DNA of 64,000 bases from the human T2T-CHM13v2.0 reference genome, Homo sapiens. Position 1 is the first letter of the stretch. Every line of letters begins with the position of its first letter. Position numbers and translations under genes: made by a program. The stretch lies in assembly GCF_009914755.1 (NCBI RefSeq), contig NC_060936.1; one strand, 5' to 3'. Below are positions 30,774-44,674 of the stretch, one piece after another. The notes under the pieces were generated by a model. That model saw only the letters and a program-made list of their open reading frames with translations. It did not search any database and was not told the DNA's origin.

Positions 30774-33637
30774 CAGCATGTGGGTTTTAATGGGAGATGT
30801 ACATTAGGCAGATTAGCTACTGTGGGGAAATTGGTGTTTAAAGAAAAATGATGACCTGGATATTTTTATGTTGGAGACTTACCATAGGCCAATCGTATTA
30901 GAATATCACTGTAAATATTTAAAATATTTACTGTTGCTAATATCATTGTTGATACCGTGGTAAGTCCTTAATTATTCTCCAATAATACAAATTTTTATTG
31001 GTTTTATAGTTTGTGGAAGACTTTTTTTAAAAAAAGACTGATTTCCTCAGAGGATCACTGTTATTCCAGCATTCTATCCCAAGTAAAATGTCTAATAAAT
31101 TACTCTTAAGATGAGTAAGAAAAATTTTGACTTAGTCGGTATGATTTAAATATATAGGCAGGCTGTTAATTTCATTTTAATTCAATTTGCATTATTCAAA
31201 TCAAGTTAGAACAGATCTGGTGCAAATACAATTAATAGTCATGTTTTAATCTTCGTAGTATCCAGAGCCCATATACTTGAGGAGGTATATTTGCACTTAA
31301 ACTTTATCCTAGTATTTTTTCTGAAGTATTTAAAGCAATTATACCTAAAAGTTGTAGATTTATAGACCACTATCATCTTGAAAATCAGAGGCTCTTCAAA
31401 ACAGAGTTTAAATTAGTCAGTATATAGTTTCTAAACTATATAATTAAGAGTACAGTTAATACTGAGAAAAATTTTTAGTTAACTTTTTAAAATTTCATGA
31501 GAAGTATTTACTTCTTTATGGTACTTGAGACTATAGGAGACTATACTACTTTTGTGCTCTAATGTATGTCAAAAATACCAAACAATTGAGGAGTCTCAAA
31601 TGAGATTGGATATTGAAATCTCATATGTCTCTGTATATTCAGAATATATAAAGATTTGTTGTAAGAATGATAACTTTTAATTTGGATCAAGTAGTTTAAT
31701 TAATGATACTCGGCATAGATTTCTAGTCAACTTTAGTTTTCTTAGATTTATTTTCCAAGGGAATATTATTTATATTTCAGAATAAGTCTTTGCTTTACAT
31801 CTCCCCTTCTTTTAAGCATCCTCCTTTAATGTTTATTTTTCTTTGTTTTCACTGCTGTCATGAATGCTGACATAAGTGGGAATGCTATGCCAGGTAATGT
31901 CAGCATTGATTCAGATGTACAGATCATTATTTCAAAATTTCCATTTTCTTTAAAAATAAAACTTTGAAAATGAGAGATAGCAACATAAAGTTTTCATTTA
32001 CAAGGCCAAATACCTTAATCTTACATTTATTATATGAATATTATATATTACAAATTGTGTTTATTATCCTAGCTTATAGTATACTAAAAATTCAGAAATT
32101 CTTTGTTATACAAGAATTACATAATCTGCTTTTTGCATAAATTTTTGTAACAAGGAAATCAATGAAGTTGTGGTATCTTTTAACATTGTATATTTAGCCC
32201 CTACCCCAAACCGTAGTGGTTACATCTACCTGTGGCTGCTTTCAGCTGCTGTCAGTATACATAAAGAATTTTTACATAAATAATCAGTAGTTGTGACTTT
32301 TGTTCTTTTTTCACATGTTGTTCCCTCATCTTCTTTTTAAAGAGCTCATAACTAAAAGATCTTTAAGTAGCAATGAGTAAATATACTTTGGAATTTTTTT
32401 CTGATTTTAAAAGGTAATTTATTTGCTTTTAAAATTGAATACATTTATATTTATATATTTAATATATTTTCTTATCAATAAATGTGCTTGTGATATTTTA
32501 CAAACATCTATAGAATATATCATGCAACATATTCCTAATGAGTAAATAATTATGTAAGAATCATTAGAGGAGATATAAAGATGGGTAATGAAATTCGCCT
32601 CCAGTCTATATGGAAATACAAGAAATACACTTGAAAGAAATGTTTGTGCCCTTCATTCTGTTTAGCCTACCTACTCCTTCATTTGGCTTTTGAAGACCTT
32701 TTCTAGAAACTTTTTCTTCTAGATGACATACTCCCTGAGGTCAGAGTCAACATCTTATTGTGACTTATGTTGCCAGTATTTAGCATCCTACATGGGAAAT
32801 AGTAAGCCCTCTTTAAATGTAGGCTAATAAATAAATTACACTAAGAGGCAACTAAGTCATTGCTGCCTCTAGTATGTTTTTCTACCTCTCTTTAATTTTA
32901 CGTGATTTGAGTACGTGAGTTTTATCATCTTAAGTTCATGTCAACCAGATAACAGAAAAATGAAGGAGACTGACCCTCAGCATAGAATTTTTATACTATG
33001 TGGTTAATGCTAAGGTAGAAGTATAGAGAGGGTTGTTATGGGGACATAAGGAAGGCACCTAACCCAGCCTGGGAATCTGAGACTGAGTCTGGAAGCCTGA
33101 GGAAGACTTAGCCAGGCAAATAAAATATAAAAGTATCAAGTAAAGGGGACTTCTTAAATACATGAGGTTTGTGTATAGAGCTTGGTGTATTCGGATACAC
33201 TATTGAAGTGTTGCCTGACTGTAGAGTATGAAGGGGGAATAGGTGTCAGGAATTTCATAGGGGCCATTATGTGATATCCTGAGCAGCATGATGGGAAGAG
33301 TTTGAGTCAGGGAAGTGACACGTTCATATTTATATTTTAAGTAAATTAGGATAGCAGTGTGGAAGATATATTTCAGTGTATCACATTTAGGCAGAGATCT
33401 TTTGGGAAGCTATTTCTGAAATCCAGGCTAGAAGACATGAGGGGCTGTAAATAATACCATTTTCAGAAATTGACCTGTTGAGCCAGGGAGATTACATAGT
33501 TTATCTACAGTACTGTGTGCTTTTATTTATTCTTTTTTTCTTTTTAAAATTTACATTCTTATATCATTCGTGTTTTTTGTTATAAATATTTTTCTTTGAT
33601 GCCAGTCTTTTTAAATGTTTTAAATTGCTGTATGATA

Positions 33638-33801
33638 GGGGAGGGATAGCATTAGAAGAAATACCTAATGTAGATGATAGGTTGATGGGTGCAGCAAACC
33701 ACCATGGCATATGTATACCTGTGTAACAAACCTGCACGTTCTGCACATGTATCCGAGAACTTAAACTATAATAAAGAAAAAGAAATAAAAAAAATTTAAT
33801 A
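33638..33801 (+). mobile_element. Severely 5'-truncated L1PA (PA7/8-like) 3' end
   Basis: gggagggatagcattag...gggtgcagcaaaccaccatggca...A-rich tail; 16-bp TSD aaattgctgtatgata 33622-33637 and 33802-33817. Confidence 0.9.
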
Positions 33802-35694
33802 AAATTGCTGTATGATATTTCAGCAAGTGGATTGTAGTTTAACAATTTCCTTATGTTAGGCATGTTTCAGTATTTAGAATTATTTCTTAATAAATTTCTA
33901 TAAGTGGGATTATAAAGTTAAAGGGTATGAATATGTTTAAAATTCTTAGAATATGTTACCATACTGCTTTCCAAAAAGATGAAAGTTTATACCTTTACCA
34001 ACAATAAGTGAGCATATTTTTATAACCTCCTTGCCAGGATTATTATTTTTAAAAGTCTTTTGGTAATTAAATAGACAAATGAATTCTCACTTCCACTAGA
34101 TGTTGATCATTTTTTCCCTGTATTAAATTATTCTTTTTTAAAATTTTACATTCATTTCTTCGAACTTTTGTGTTTTCCTTGTCAAATTGCTTGAGCTATT
34201 GATACAGGAAAAATATTAACCTCCCATCATGTTGATATCATATTTTTTCTAGGCCATTTACCTTTTGATTTTTTTATCTAGAGGCTTTTCAGTTTTATAT
34301 AACCTAACCACTTTTTCTGATTTCTTTTGTAGCTCTGCACTTAGGATGACCTTCTCCTTCTACATAGTTGATAGTCATTTTTATTTTATGGTTTGATTTT
34401 TCTTAATAATATGTAGGGTAATGTGAGGACTTAGATTTTTTCTTTTGCAAAATTACTAACCAGTTGAACCAACATCATTTGTTAAATAGCCCCTTCCCTT
34501 TCCTGTAATGTGCTTTTAATGTGAAACTGCCTAGACTTTCATTTGTCCTCATTCTTGAATCATTTAAATATATTTTCAGACGTTTTGAACCCACTAAAAT
34601 ACCTTTTAATGTTGTTAGGAATGTCAGTCTTCCCCAGAACTAGATTTTAAGCATCTTGAGTATCAAAATAATGTCTAAGTCACATTTTCTTTCATAAGAA
34701 TTGAAGTTTATTTTTTAATGGCTGTTAAAATTTTTCACAATAAAACTTTTATTACACCTGTTAATATGATTCATAGTGGGGTATCCTAGTTTAATTCTTT
34801 TTTTCCAGGATAAAAACTGCAATTATGCAGTGAAACTGCTCAGAGCAAGGAAACCCCTAGGATATGGGGACCTGGTGGACCTTTTTCAGGTGTGTGAAAG
34901 TGCATCATTTGATCTCACAGTTGTATAATTTGGAAATACAATATTTATCCAATACACAGTGTTACTCTATTAAAGAGTTACACTTATTGAGGGACTTAGG
35001 CAGAAAATAAACTTTTTCTTTTATCCCTCTCCGTAACCTATTTTTATGTTTTAATGAAAATAGAAACAAATAACTTTCATTAAAAAGAATCAGCTTTTTC
35101 TGTTTTTTTTTGTTTTGTTTTGTTTTTTTCTGGAATGACATACAAAATGGTTAAAGTAAAATGTCTTCTTTATATTGCTATACAGCCTTTTTGTCAGTGT
35201 GATTTCTAAAATCTCAGTCTGTAGGAAGGTATTTACGTAAAGCTATCATTAACTAACATATTATTAAAGTTATTGTGGAGAGTGGATATCTCTCAGTTGG
35301 AAGAGCAAGAATAATTTATACTTTTTTGGACTATTACCACTTTTTAAAGAAGAAAAGGAAAAGCAATAACTTTTTTCCTTATGATTTTTCTCTTACTGAA
35401 TTATGATCTCAATACAGTGGATGTGTTTTTGTTTTTCAAAGTATACTTCAGAAGACTTAGAATAGATAAATAGGTTTTATTGTTTTGTTGATCATTTATT
35501 CTAGATAACATATAAACTTCCTTTTTGATTATTCTCATATAAATTGGGAGGGAAAAGATGAGAAATAGATGTTTGATTCCTTTGAATTACATTAAAATAA
35601 ATTTAAAAATTAATTTCTATTACTACCGTAAGTTTATCTCGGCTTGATAGACCTGGTTGTAGCCAACATGTACACAGCATTTCACCATGACTCA

Positions 35695-36237
35695 CCTTAT
35701 TTTGTTGATTTTAATATGCACAGTTTTTTCACCTTTTAACATCCCCTGATTGGTATGCATCTTGCAGTTGATGGCATCTTAGAATCATTATGAGCCAGGT
35801 GATGTTGTAGTTATCTTTTTCAATATGTGCATGAACTTGTTCATGGTTCTTCATGTTATTATCACATCAGTTGAGTTGCATGCATTGTTGATACCACATA
35901 CATTGAGTTGAATTGCTGTTTAAAGTGTCACCCTAGTTATTGAAAACTTTCCGTTAACATCTTATGGTAAGATGAATAAAGCACCAGTAACAAAACATGC
36001 AGAATGGGTGCCATTGACTTAGAAGAAAATCTCAGAGACAATAGTGAAGTATTCTTTCAAGAAATAAGGTGTTCATTCCCAGTGCTGTTTATGGCCCAGA
36101 GGATGAAATTGTGAAGAAAAATTCTAAGTGATTAGAAAGCATTGTGTCGTAGTTTAATTGTCACTGACTTTTTTTGTTGTTGTGATACTATGGGTATGTC
36201 TTAAAATCATTGGCATCTTAAACCCTATGAAAGTATA
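35695..36237. mobile_element. TcMar-Tc2 (Kanga/MER104-like) DNA transposon remnant
   Basis: tttttcaccttttaacatcccctgattggtatgcatcttgcagttgatggcatcttagaatc and terminal ggcatcttaaaccctatgaaa. Confidence 0.6.
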
Positions 36238-37138
36238 TCTTCTTTTTTGTTTTTTATGAAAATGAGTTCATTTTCCTTTATTTGTCTGAAGACTTCAGGC
36301 AGACAACTTTAAAGTGCAAATCACTGGGTCCTCTTTTAACTTCCATTATTGTCAGGTTGCTATGTACCATAAGGAATGGCAGCATAATATTGTAGGAAGA
36401 ATAGTGAACCAGGAGTTAGAAGACATACGGTATTTTCAAATTCTGGCTTTACTACCTACTTACTATATCAGTAGGGCTGCATTAGGCCCTGTAAACTCTC
36501 TAAGATTATTGAGATGCTAAAATGAGAAACATATTAACACATAAAAATTATAAATGTAACTTGGTTACTATTAAGAGCTTTTAATTTGCCTGAATAACAT
36601 TTAATAAGGAGTGTTCAGCAGAGATAGGGGTTGCCTCACACTTCAGTGGTTCTGGCAGGTTTAAATCTGGTAGGATATTTAATCATTTTATTGAAGCTTT
36701 ATGAGGAGCTTTATGGTCATGATCTTTTAATCATTCATATCGTTATGGAAAATTTGTCTCTAGGTTTGAATCAAAACCTTTGTGTACAAGAAAGCAAGGG
36801 AATAAGGACAGGGAGCCCTTTTGGGAACACTGTTCATTGCCAGTTACATTTGCCATCTTTAGCTGTGCTAAATCAGTAATTTATGCTGGCATACTAAGGG
36901 ACTTTGCAGCGCAGGCTGTAGGAAGTTGTAGTCTTAATTTACCATACCATAAAGACAGCTTTGGAAGAAGAAGGTGAGGATTTAAATGATAAAATTAATG
37001 TTAATACTGGTTTTACATTTTTAATGGTGATTCTGAATTACTTTGTGTCAATTTCTTTTGAGAAACATTTTAAAACTTAGATTTATATGTCTTTATTGCA
37101 TGTCTTGCCTCAAAAAATAACTGATAGAGTTAGTTCTT

Positions 37139-37445
<307 letters not shown>

Positions 37446-37473
37446 GTTAGTTCTTATAATAAAAAATAATCAC

Positions 37474-37854
<381 letters not shown>

Positions 37855-38002
37855 TTAATGTTCTCTTGACTTGGAATTCCGTGTTATTTATTCAAATTCT
37901 GTAAGGATGACAAACTTGTCTTATCCATCTTTGTGTAGCCTTTCAGTAAATGTGTGTAGATTTAATTTCATTTTGTAAATTTAATTATGTGTAATTCAGT
38001 TT

Positions 38003-38036
38003 GTGCATTTTCTAACCTCGTGCATTTTCTAACCTC
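38003..38036. repeat. Perfect 17-bp tandem duplication
   Basis: gtgcattttctaacctc x2. Confidence 0.95.
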
Positions 38037-38689
38037 TTACATTTTTATTGCCACTTAAAAACTTCTGAGTGAGCTGGCTTGGTAGAAGAAGTTAAATTAA
38101 GGTTCGGAATTATAGCATGTGTACCCAATTAATTTAAAGTGCTGTTTCAGTAATAAGAGGAGTAATGTTATTGTTTTTAATGAAATGTGTTTATTTCTTG
38201 AAGAAATTAGGGCTGTTTAAATTCAAGGCATATAATAAAATTCTAGGAAATTTCTTAATATTCATTTACAAGTATTGTGGGGATGATGTATGTACTATTT
38301 TTAATGATTCTATTCTAGGGTGGGAATTCTTATTTATGTTTTCCCTCCTGTAGTATATGAAGAAATAGAGTGCTTTTTTGAGGTGGGAAAGAAGTTTTGA
38401 AAATCCATGTCCTAATAGAGTTTGTAGCAGAAGATGGAGGAGAACCAAAGGACAGAGTGTTAGGAGAAAAGCATGGGAAAGCAGTAGTTAAGGCGTATAG
38501 CTTAGATACAGAGTCTGGAGTGTCTGTCCAAGGTATTTTAACTCTTGGTACTTGATTTTTGTTTTGGTGTTTATTTTACGTAAAGTGGATTTTTTTTGAG
38601 ATTGCTATTACTGGTTGTAATTATATAAAAATGCATTCTTAATTATAGATTAATTTTAATAATTTACTTTATATGTGTTCTAAATGAAG

Positions 38690-38817
38690 CACTGAAAGAG
38701 AACAGCTCAGAGGTTGTACAGCCTTTTTTAATGGGTTGTGGAACCAAGGAACCGAAGATCACTCAGCTATGTTTGGCTGCTATTCAGAGACTCATGTCAC
38801 ATGAAGTCGTGTCTGAG
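38690..38817 (+). CDS. MON2: MON2 exon 3
   Basis: Acceptor aaatgaag|; (A)[42 protein letters not shown]; donor GAG|gtaata; 128 nt, phase 1-0 restores frame. Confidence 0.94.
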
Positions 38818-39790
38818 GTAATATGAAGATTTTATCTAAACTTCACCTAAGAGTTGAATCAGAAGTTTTCATGAAAGGAGAATGAAACATACCTGATATT
38901 TAATATAAAACTTTTACAAATAGCAATGTGCTCGGAGAAAATGGCTTTATTTAAAAATATTGCCAAATTTTCTCCTCATTAAACACTCACAAACAAGTAT
39001 TTTTGCAAGTCATTTGTAATCTAAGAAGTCACAGTTCAGTAATGTAGATGAAAATTTTGAGACTCAAGCAAGTTTTCAATTTAATTGGTTATTTAATTTT
39101 TCTTTTATAAAAAGAGGAGGGAAGAGCATGACTCTCTTTCCTAGATTATATGGAGTAATAATTTGTTTTTCATTAACTTAAACGTATTGTTCATATCTAA
39201 CCTTATGATGGAAAAATGAGAAAAAATATTTCTTAACCATGAATCTGCATGTTGGTCTCAAATTTAATGGTGTTATTCTTAATTTTGTACTCCATAAGTA
39301 CTATAATAGAAGTGATAAATGTTTTGACATTAATGTATCATCTTAAACAATGTCAGATTTAATTGAGTGTGCCAATGTGTTGTTAATATGGGTTGCATTT
39401 TTTTTCTGTAGCATACTGTAAATGAAGTATTTGTATCTGAAACAGCAGGCTCATAGCTAATTTGCATATGTCCGTATTATTCATGTCCAAATACAATCTA
39501 TCAACATTATTGTAGAAATGAGCTGTGATTTTGACTAGGTATTACAAAACTGCTTGCTGCTATTTGTATATATTCAAATAGGATATTACAATTTTTGAGG
39601 GAGAGAATTGATTGTAAGTCCTAAATTACTTGAGAGGTGTGTTTGGATCTAGAAATCTAAAAATATGGGTTTTGTTATTGTGATCAAGAAATCCTCTTCA
39701 GCTGATGTAGGTTTGTATACCTTTTCTTATTTAGGGACATCAACATCTATATTGTATTTGTTGACAATAATTAAAATAACTATTTTACAG

Positions 39791-39922
39791 ACTGCAGCTG
39801 GAAATATAATTAACATGCTTTGGCAGCTAATGGAGAATAGTCTTGAAGAACTTAAGCTACTTCAAACAGTTCTTGTTCTTTTAACAACCAATACAGTAGT
39901 TCATGATGAGGCACTTTCTAAG
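39791..39922 (+). CDS. MON2: MON2 exon 4
   Basis: tattttacag|; [44 protein letters not shown]; AAG|gtagga; 132 nt, phase 0-0. Confidence 0.96.
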
Positions 39923-40239
39923 GTAGGAAAACTGTTTGCCAGAGTTCATATGTGCTTTGAGACAGTATTTGAATAAGCTGGCTGAAAGAGAAAAGCTTGG
40001 TGCCATTTGAACCAAAAGCAACTTCCCTACAGCTATGGTGATGATTGACATTGCATGTTAATAACTGTTGGTACCTTATTTTTTCCAGGTTAGAGTTGAA
40101 ATCACGTTGGGGTGCTTAAGCAAAGCCCCTTGGGTACAGCCAACAGGCTGAGTTGTGAATAGGAAATGGAAAAAAGAGAGAAAGTAGCCCAAGAGTAAGA
40201 ATAGGGAAGGAGGGAACTAAGAAAAAAAAAACATGTTGT

Positions 40240-40586
<347 letters not shown>

Positions 40587-41374
40587 TTAAATGGCTAGAC
40601 AAATCTTCTTTCACCATTTATACTAGATAAGATTGCATGTATGATGGCTAGTTCTCATTTTGTCATCACTCCCACCCACTTTGGAACATGTAAGAGCCAT
40701 TCTATTATTTATTTCACTTTTTAAAAAGTTTTTTATTATGAAATATTTCTAAAGAACAGAAAGTAGAGAGTACCATAGCAGTAAATGAATTATAGTCTAA
40801 GGAATTTTTTAGACTCTCAGTAATAGCTTTATTATAATTTGCATGGCTTATAAAGAAGTACAGTATACTGTCACATTAAGCTGTGTATACTATATCAAGT
40901 GATGTTCTTAGATCATAATGAGATTTTAACTGCAAATAGTTTATTCTTTTAGGCTTATATGAGCTATATAAATATTATATATATTTTTGTATATCCTTTT
41001 GTGTATCATTCCTCTTGGTTTCTAGCTATCAAATTATTGTTCTGATGCATATATTTAAAGTTTTATTAAATGTTTTCATTTGATCTACTAAAGAAATAAG
41101 AACTGGTTATAGGATTTATTTTAGTATGTTGGTTAATTTGGAAATGCAATAATTGGGGATGAGAAAAATCAAGTATAAAGAAATAGTATAAAATTGAGTA
41201 ATATGAAGGCTTCTATATAACTATGTACTGTGTCTTTCCTTTATGTTGAAATCTAAAGAGTAGTAGCGATATCAAAGGCTTGTGTCTTTTAGTTAAGGTG
41301 ATAGGCATTGATTCTAAAACTACCATTATGTTTTTCTCCAAGAATGACTTCTTTTAAAAGTAGAAAACTTTTGG

Positions 41375-43290
41375 AAGGATAAATAGGAGAAAATCTTTGT
41401 GATACTGGGGTAGGTAAAGATTTATTAGGGCACAAAAACTAAAATCCTTGAGTAAGCCACAGAATGTGGGAAAATACAAATATCTGACAAAGGACTTATA
41501 TCTAGACTATATAAACAACTCTTAAAATTCATTCATAATGAACTAGAAATACCATTTGACCCAGCCATCCCATTACTGGGTATATACCCAAAGGACTATA
41601 AATCATGCTGCTATAAAGACACATGCACACGTATGTTTATTGCGGCACTATTCACAATAGCAAAGACTTGGAACCAACCCAAATGTCCAACAATGATAGA
41701 CTGGATTAAGAAAATGTGGCACATATACACCATGGAATACTATGCAGCCATAAAAAATGATGAGTTCATGTCCTTTGTAGGGACATGGATGAAATTGGAA
41801 ATCATCATTCTCAGTAAACTATCGCAAGAACAAAAAACCGAACACTGCATATTCTCACTCATAGGTGGGAATTGAACAATGAGAACACATGGACACAGGA
41901 AGGGGAACATCACACTCTGGGGCCTGTTGTGGGGTTGGGGGAGGGGGGAGGGGGGAGGGATAGCATTAGGAGATATACCTAATGCTAAATGACGAGTTAA
42001 TGGGTGCAGCACACCAGCATGGCACATGTACACATATGTAACTAACCTGCACATTGTGCACATGTACCCTAAAACTTAAAGTATAATAAAAAAAATTCAT
42101 TCATAACACAGACAACCCAATTAAGTATGGACAAATGGTTTCAACAGACACTTCATTAAAATAATATATTCAAATGGGTGACAAACACATGAAAAGAAGT
42201 TTAGTGTTATTATTAGGGACACAAATTAAAACCATAAGGAAATAGTATTATGCTTCCATTAGAATAGTTACGATGAAAAAAGACCGTACCAAGTGTTATG
42301 GAGGCTGTAGGGATAGTTCTAAATTCACGTATACTGCTGGCAGAAGTGTAAAATTGTAAAACCACTGGGGAAACTGGCGGTTTCTTTCTTTTCTTTTCCT
42401 TTTTTGAGATAGTGTCTTGCTCTGTTGCCTGGGCTGGAGTGCAGTGGCGCAATTTTGGCTCACTGCAACCTTCCACCTCCCAGGCTCAAGGAATTCTCGT
42501 GCCTCAGGCTCCCAAGTAGCTGAGATTACAGGTGTGCACCACCACACCCAACTAATTTTTGTATTTTTAGTAGAGACAGGGTTTCACCATGTTGGCCGGG
42601 CTGGCCTTCAAATCCTGGCCTCAAGTGAACTGCCCACCTCAGCCTCCCAAAGTGCTGGGTTTACAGGCGTGAGCCACCATGCCCAGCCAACTGGCGGTTT
42701 CTTAAAAAGTTAAACCTATTCTTACCAGATGACCCATCCATTTCACTTCCAGATATTTACCCAAGATAAATGAAAACATATGTCCTCACAGTGACTTATA
42801 TATATGAATGTTCATAGCAGCTTTTTTTTTTTTTTAACAATAGTCAGAACCTGGAAAATTCACCAGCAGGTAAATGGATAAGCAAAATATGGTGTACTCG
42901 TACAATAGAATACTGCTTGGTAATAAAAGGTACAAACTACTGATAAACAGAACAAAGTGGATGAATTTCACAAATATTATTCTAAGTGGAAGAAGGTGGG
43001 CCCAAATGAGCACATACTGAATTAATCTGTTCATATAAAAATCATAGAAAATGTCCATTGATCTGCAGTGAATAAAGCACATGGGTGTTTGCCTGGGCCC
43101 ACGGGTAGAGGAAGAGATGGGTGGCAAAGGAGCACAAGAAAACTTTTGGGGTGATGGAAATATTTCGTTTGTCAATTGTGGCCATAGTTTCATGGGCCCA
43201 CATGTTTGTCAGAACTCATCAAATTATATAAGTTTAAGGGATTCTATAATTTATTGTATATAAATTACATCTCAATAAACTTGAGTTTTA
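41375..43290 (+). mobile_element. Old L1M (ME/MC-like) 3' remnant hosting a younger L1PA and an antisense Alu (42382-42688)
   Basis: ataggagaaaatctttgtgatactggggtaggtaaagattt...gaaacttttggggtgatggaaatatt...ctcaataaa; Alu TSD aactggcggtttct. Confidence 0.8.
41539..42091 (+). mobile_element. 5'-truncated L1PA3-like insertion (ORF2 C-terminus + 3'UTR)
   Basis: Near-consensus MFIAALFTIAKTWNQPKCP...IGGN*; gctaaatgacgagttaatggg (GAG, not the L1HS ACA/ACG); 15-bp TSD aaaattcattcataa 41524-41538 and 42092-42106. Confidence 0.92.
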
Positions 43291-43691
43291 AAAGAAAAAA
43301 ATGACTCCTTTTAAAAGTTTCATAATTTTATTTATTTATGTGCTTAGCAATCACATAGCTTCTCCAGATCATTAAGTGATACAACAAACTTTGAGTTCAT
43401 GTTATTTGCAAAGCACGTCATTCTGGGGAAATAAAAGCATAACACATTGTTATATAGATGTTAAAAAACGAAATTTTAAAAGGTATGTTTCACATTACCA
43501 TAGCTAATCTTCTGTGGCTATATATTTACTGACAACTTGGATTACATCAAAATCTGAGGATTTTATATTTTATTGTAAATGGTGGGACTTTCCATAATGG
43601 TGATTGAAACAACCAAACATAAATTATTCAATAAAGATAATGGCTTTGCTTTTCAATCTTATTTCACACTAAATGAAAATTGTGTTTTCAG

Positions 43692-43821
43692 GCAATCGTT
43701 CTTTGTTTTCGACTACACTTCACAAAAGATAATATTACAAATAATACAGCTGCTGCTACAGTGCGACAAGTTGTTACTGTTGTTTTTGAGAGGATGGTTG
43801 CTGAAGATGAACGACACAGAG
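43692..43821 (+). CDS. MON2: MON2 exon 5
   Basis: tgttttcag|; [43 protein letters not shown]+G (TA.ATL.Q...VF.R motif of the DCB region of large Arf-GEF-like proteins); GAG|gtaaag; 130 nt. Confidence 0.96.
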
Positions 43822-44363
43822 GTAAAGTGCTAGAAGTTGTTTTACTTTGTGGGTGGTTCTTGGATGATTTCATTTGTATTAACTTTCGGCCTTTGCTGAG
43901 ATGATCAACATTATTATGTCTATAATGGCAACTTAAAAAATAAATTCCTCACAATTTGATCCCCTGAGGAATAGGCTCCTTGTTTTCCTTGTTTATTTCT
44001 AGTGTATGCATAATTTTGTATTAAATATGATAATTTCACATTTTAAACCAAGTATTGCATTATATGTATTTTTTAACCAAACATTACATTCTATGAATTT
44101 TTCATGTTATTGCTTCATCCTCATAATTTAAATTTTAATGATTGCATTATATTTCATGGCCATTCTGTAATTTAACTGAACTAGTCTCCTATTGGACACT
44201 TGCATTCTGTTCAGTGTTTTATAACTGTTTTGGGTGGTTTCCTACGTATCTTTTTGAATTATTTCTTTAGGATAAATTTCCAAGAGTGGGCTTCCCTCGT
44301 AAATTTTTGTCTGTATCTGCTAACATGTGTTAAGAACATTTAAATAATATAAAAATTAATTTT

Positions 44364-44674
<311 letters not shown>

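Noticed and set aside
40089-40194. Possible cryptic exon ttttccag|GTTAGA...AAGA|gtaaga in intron 4
   Set aside because: Splice-like motifs only, with weak exonic donor context; such pairs are common in AT-rich introns
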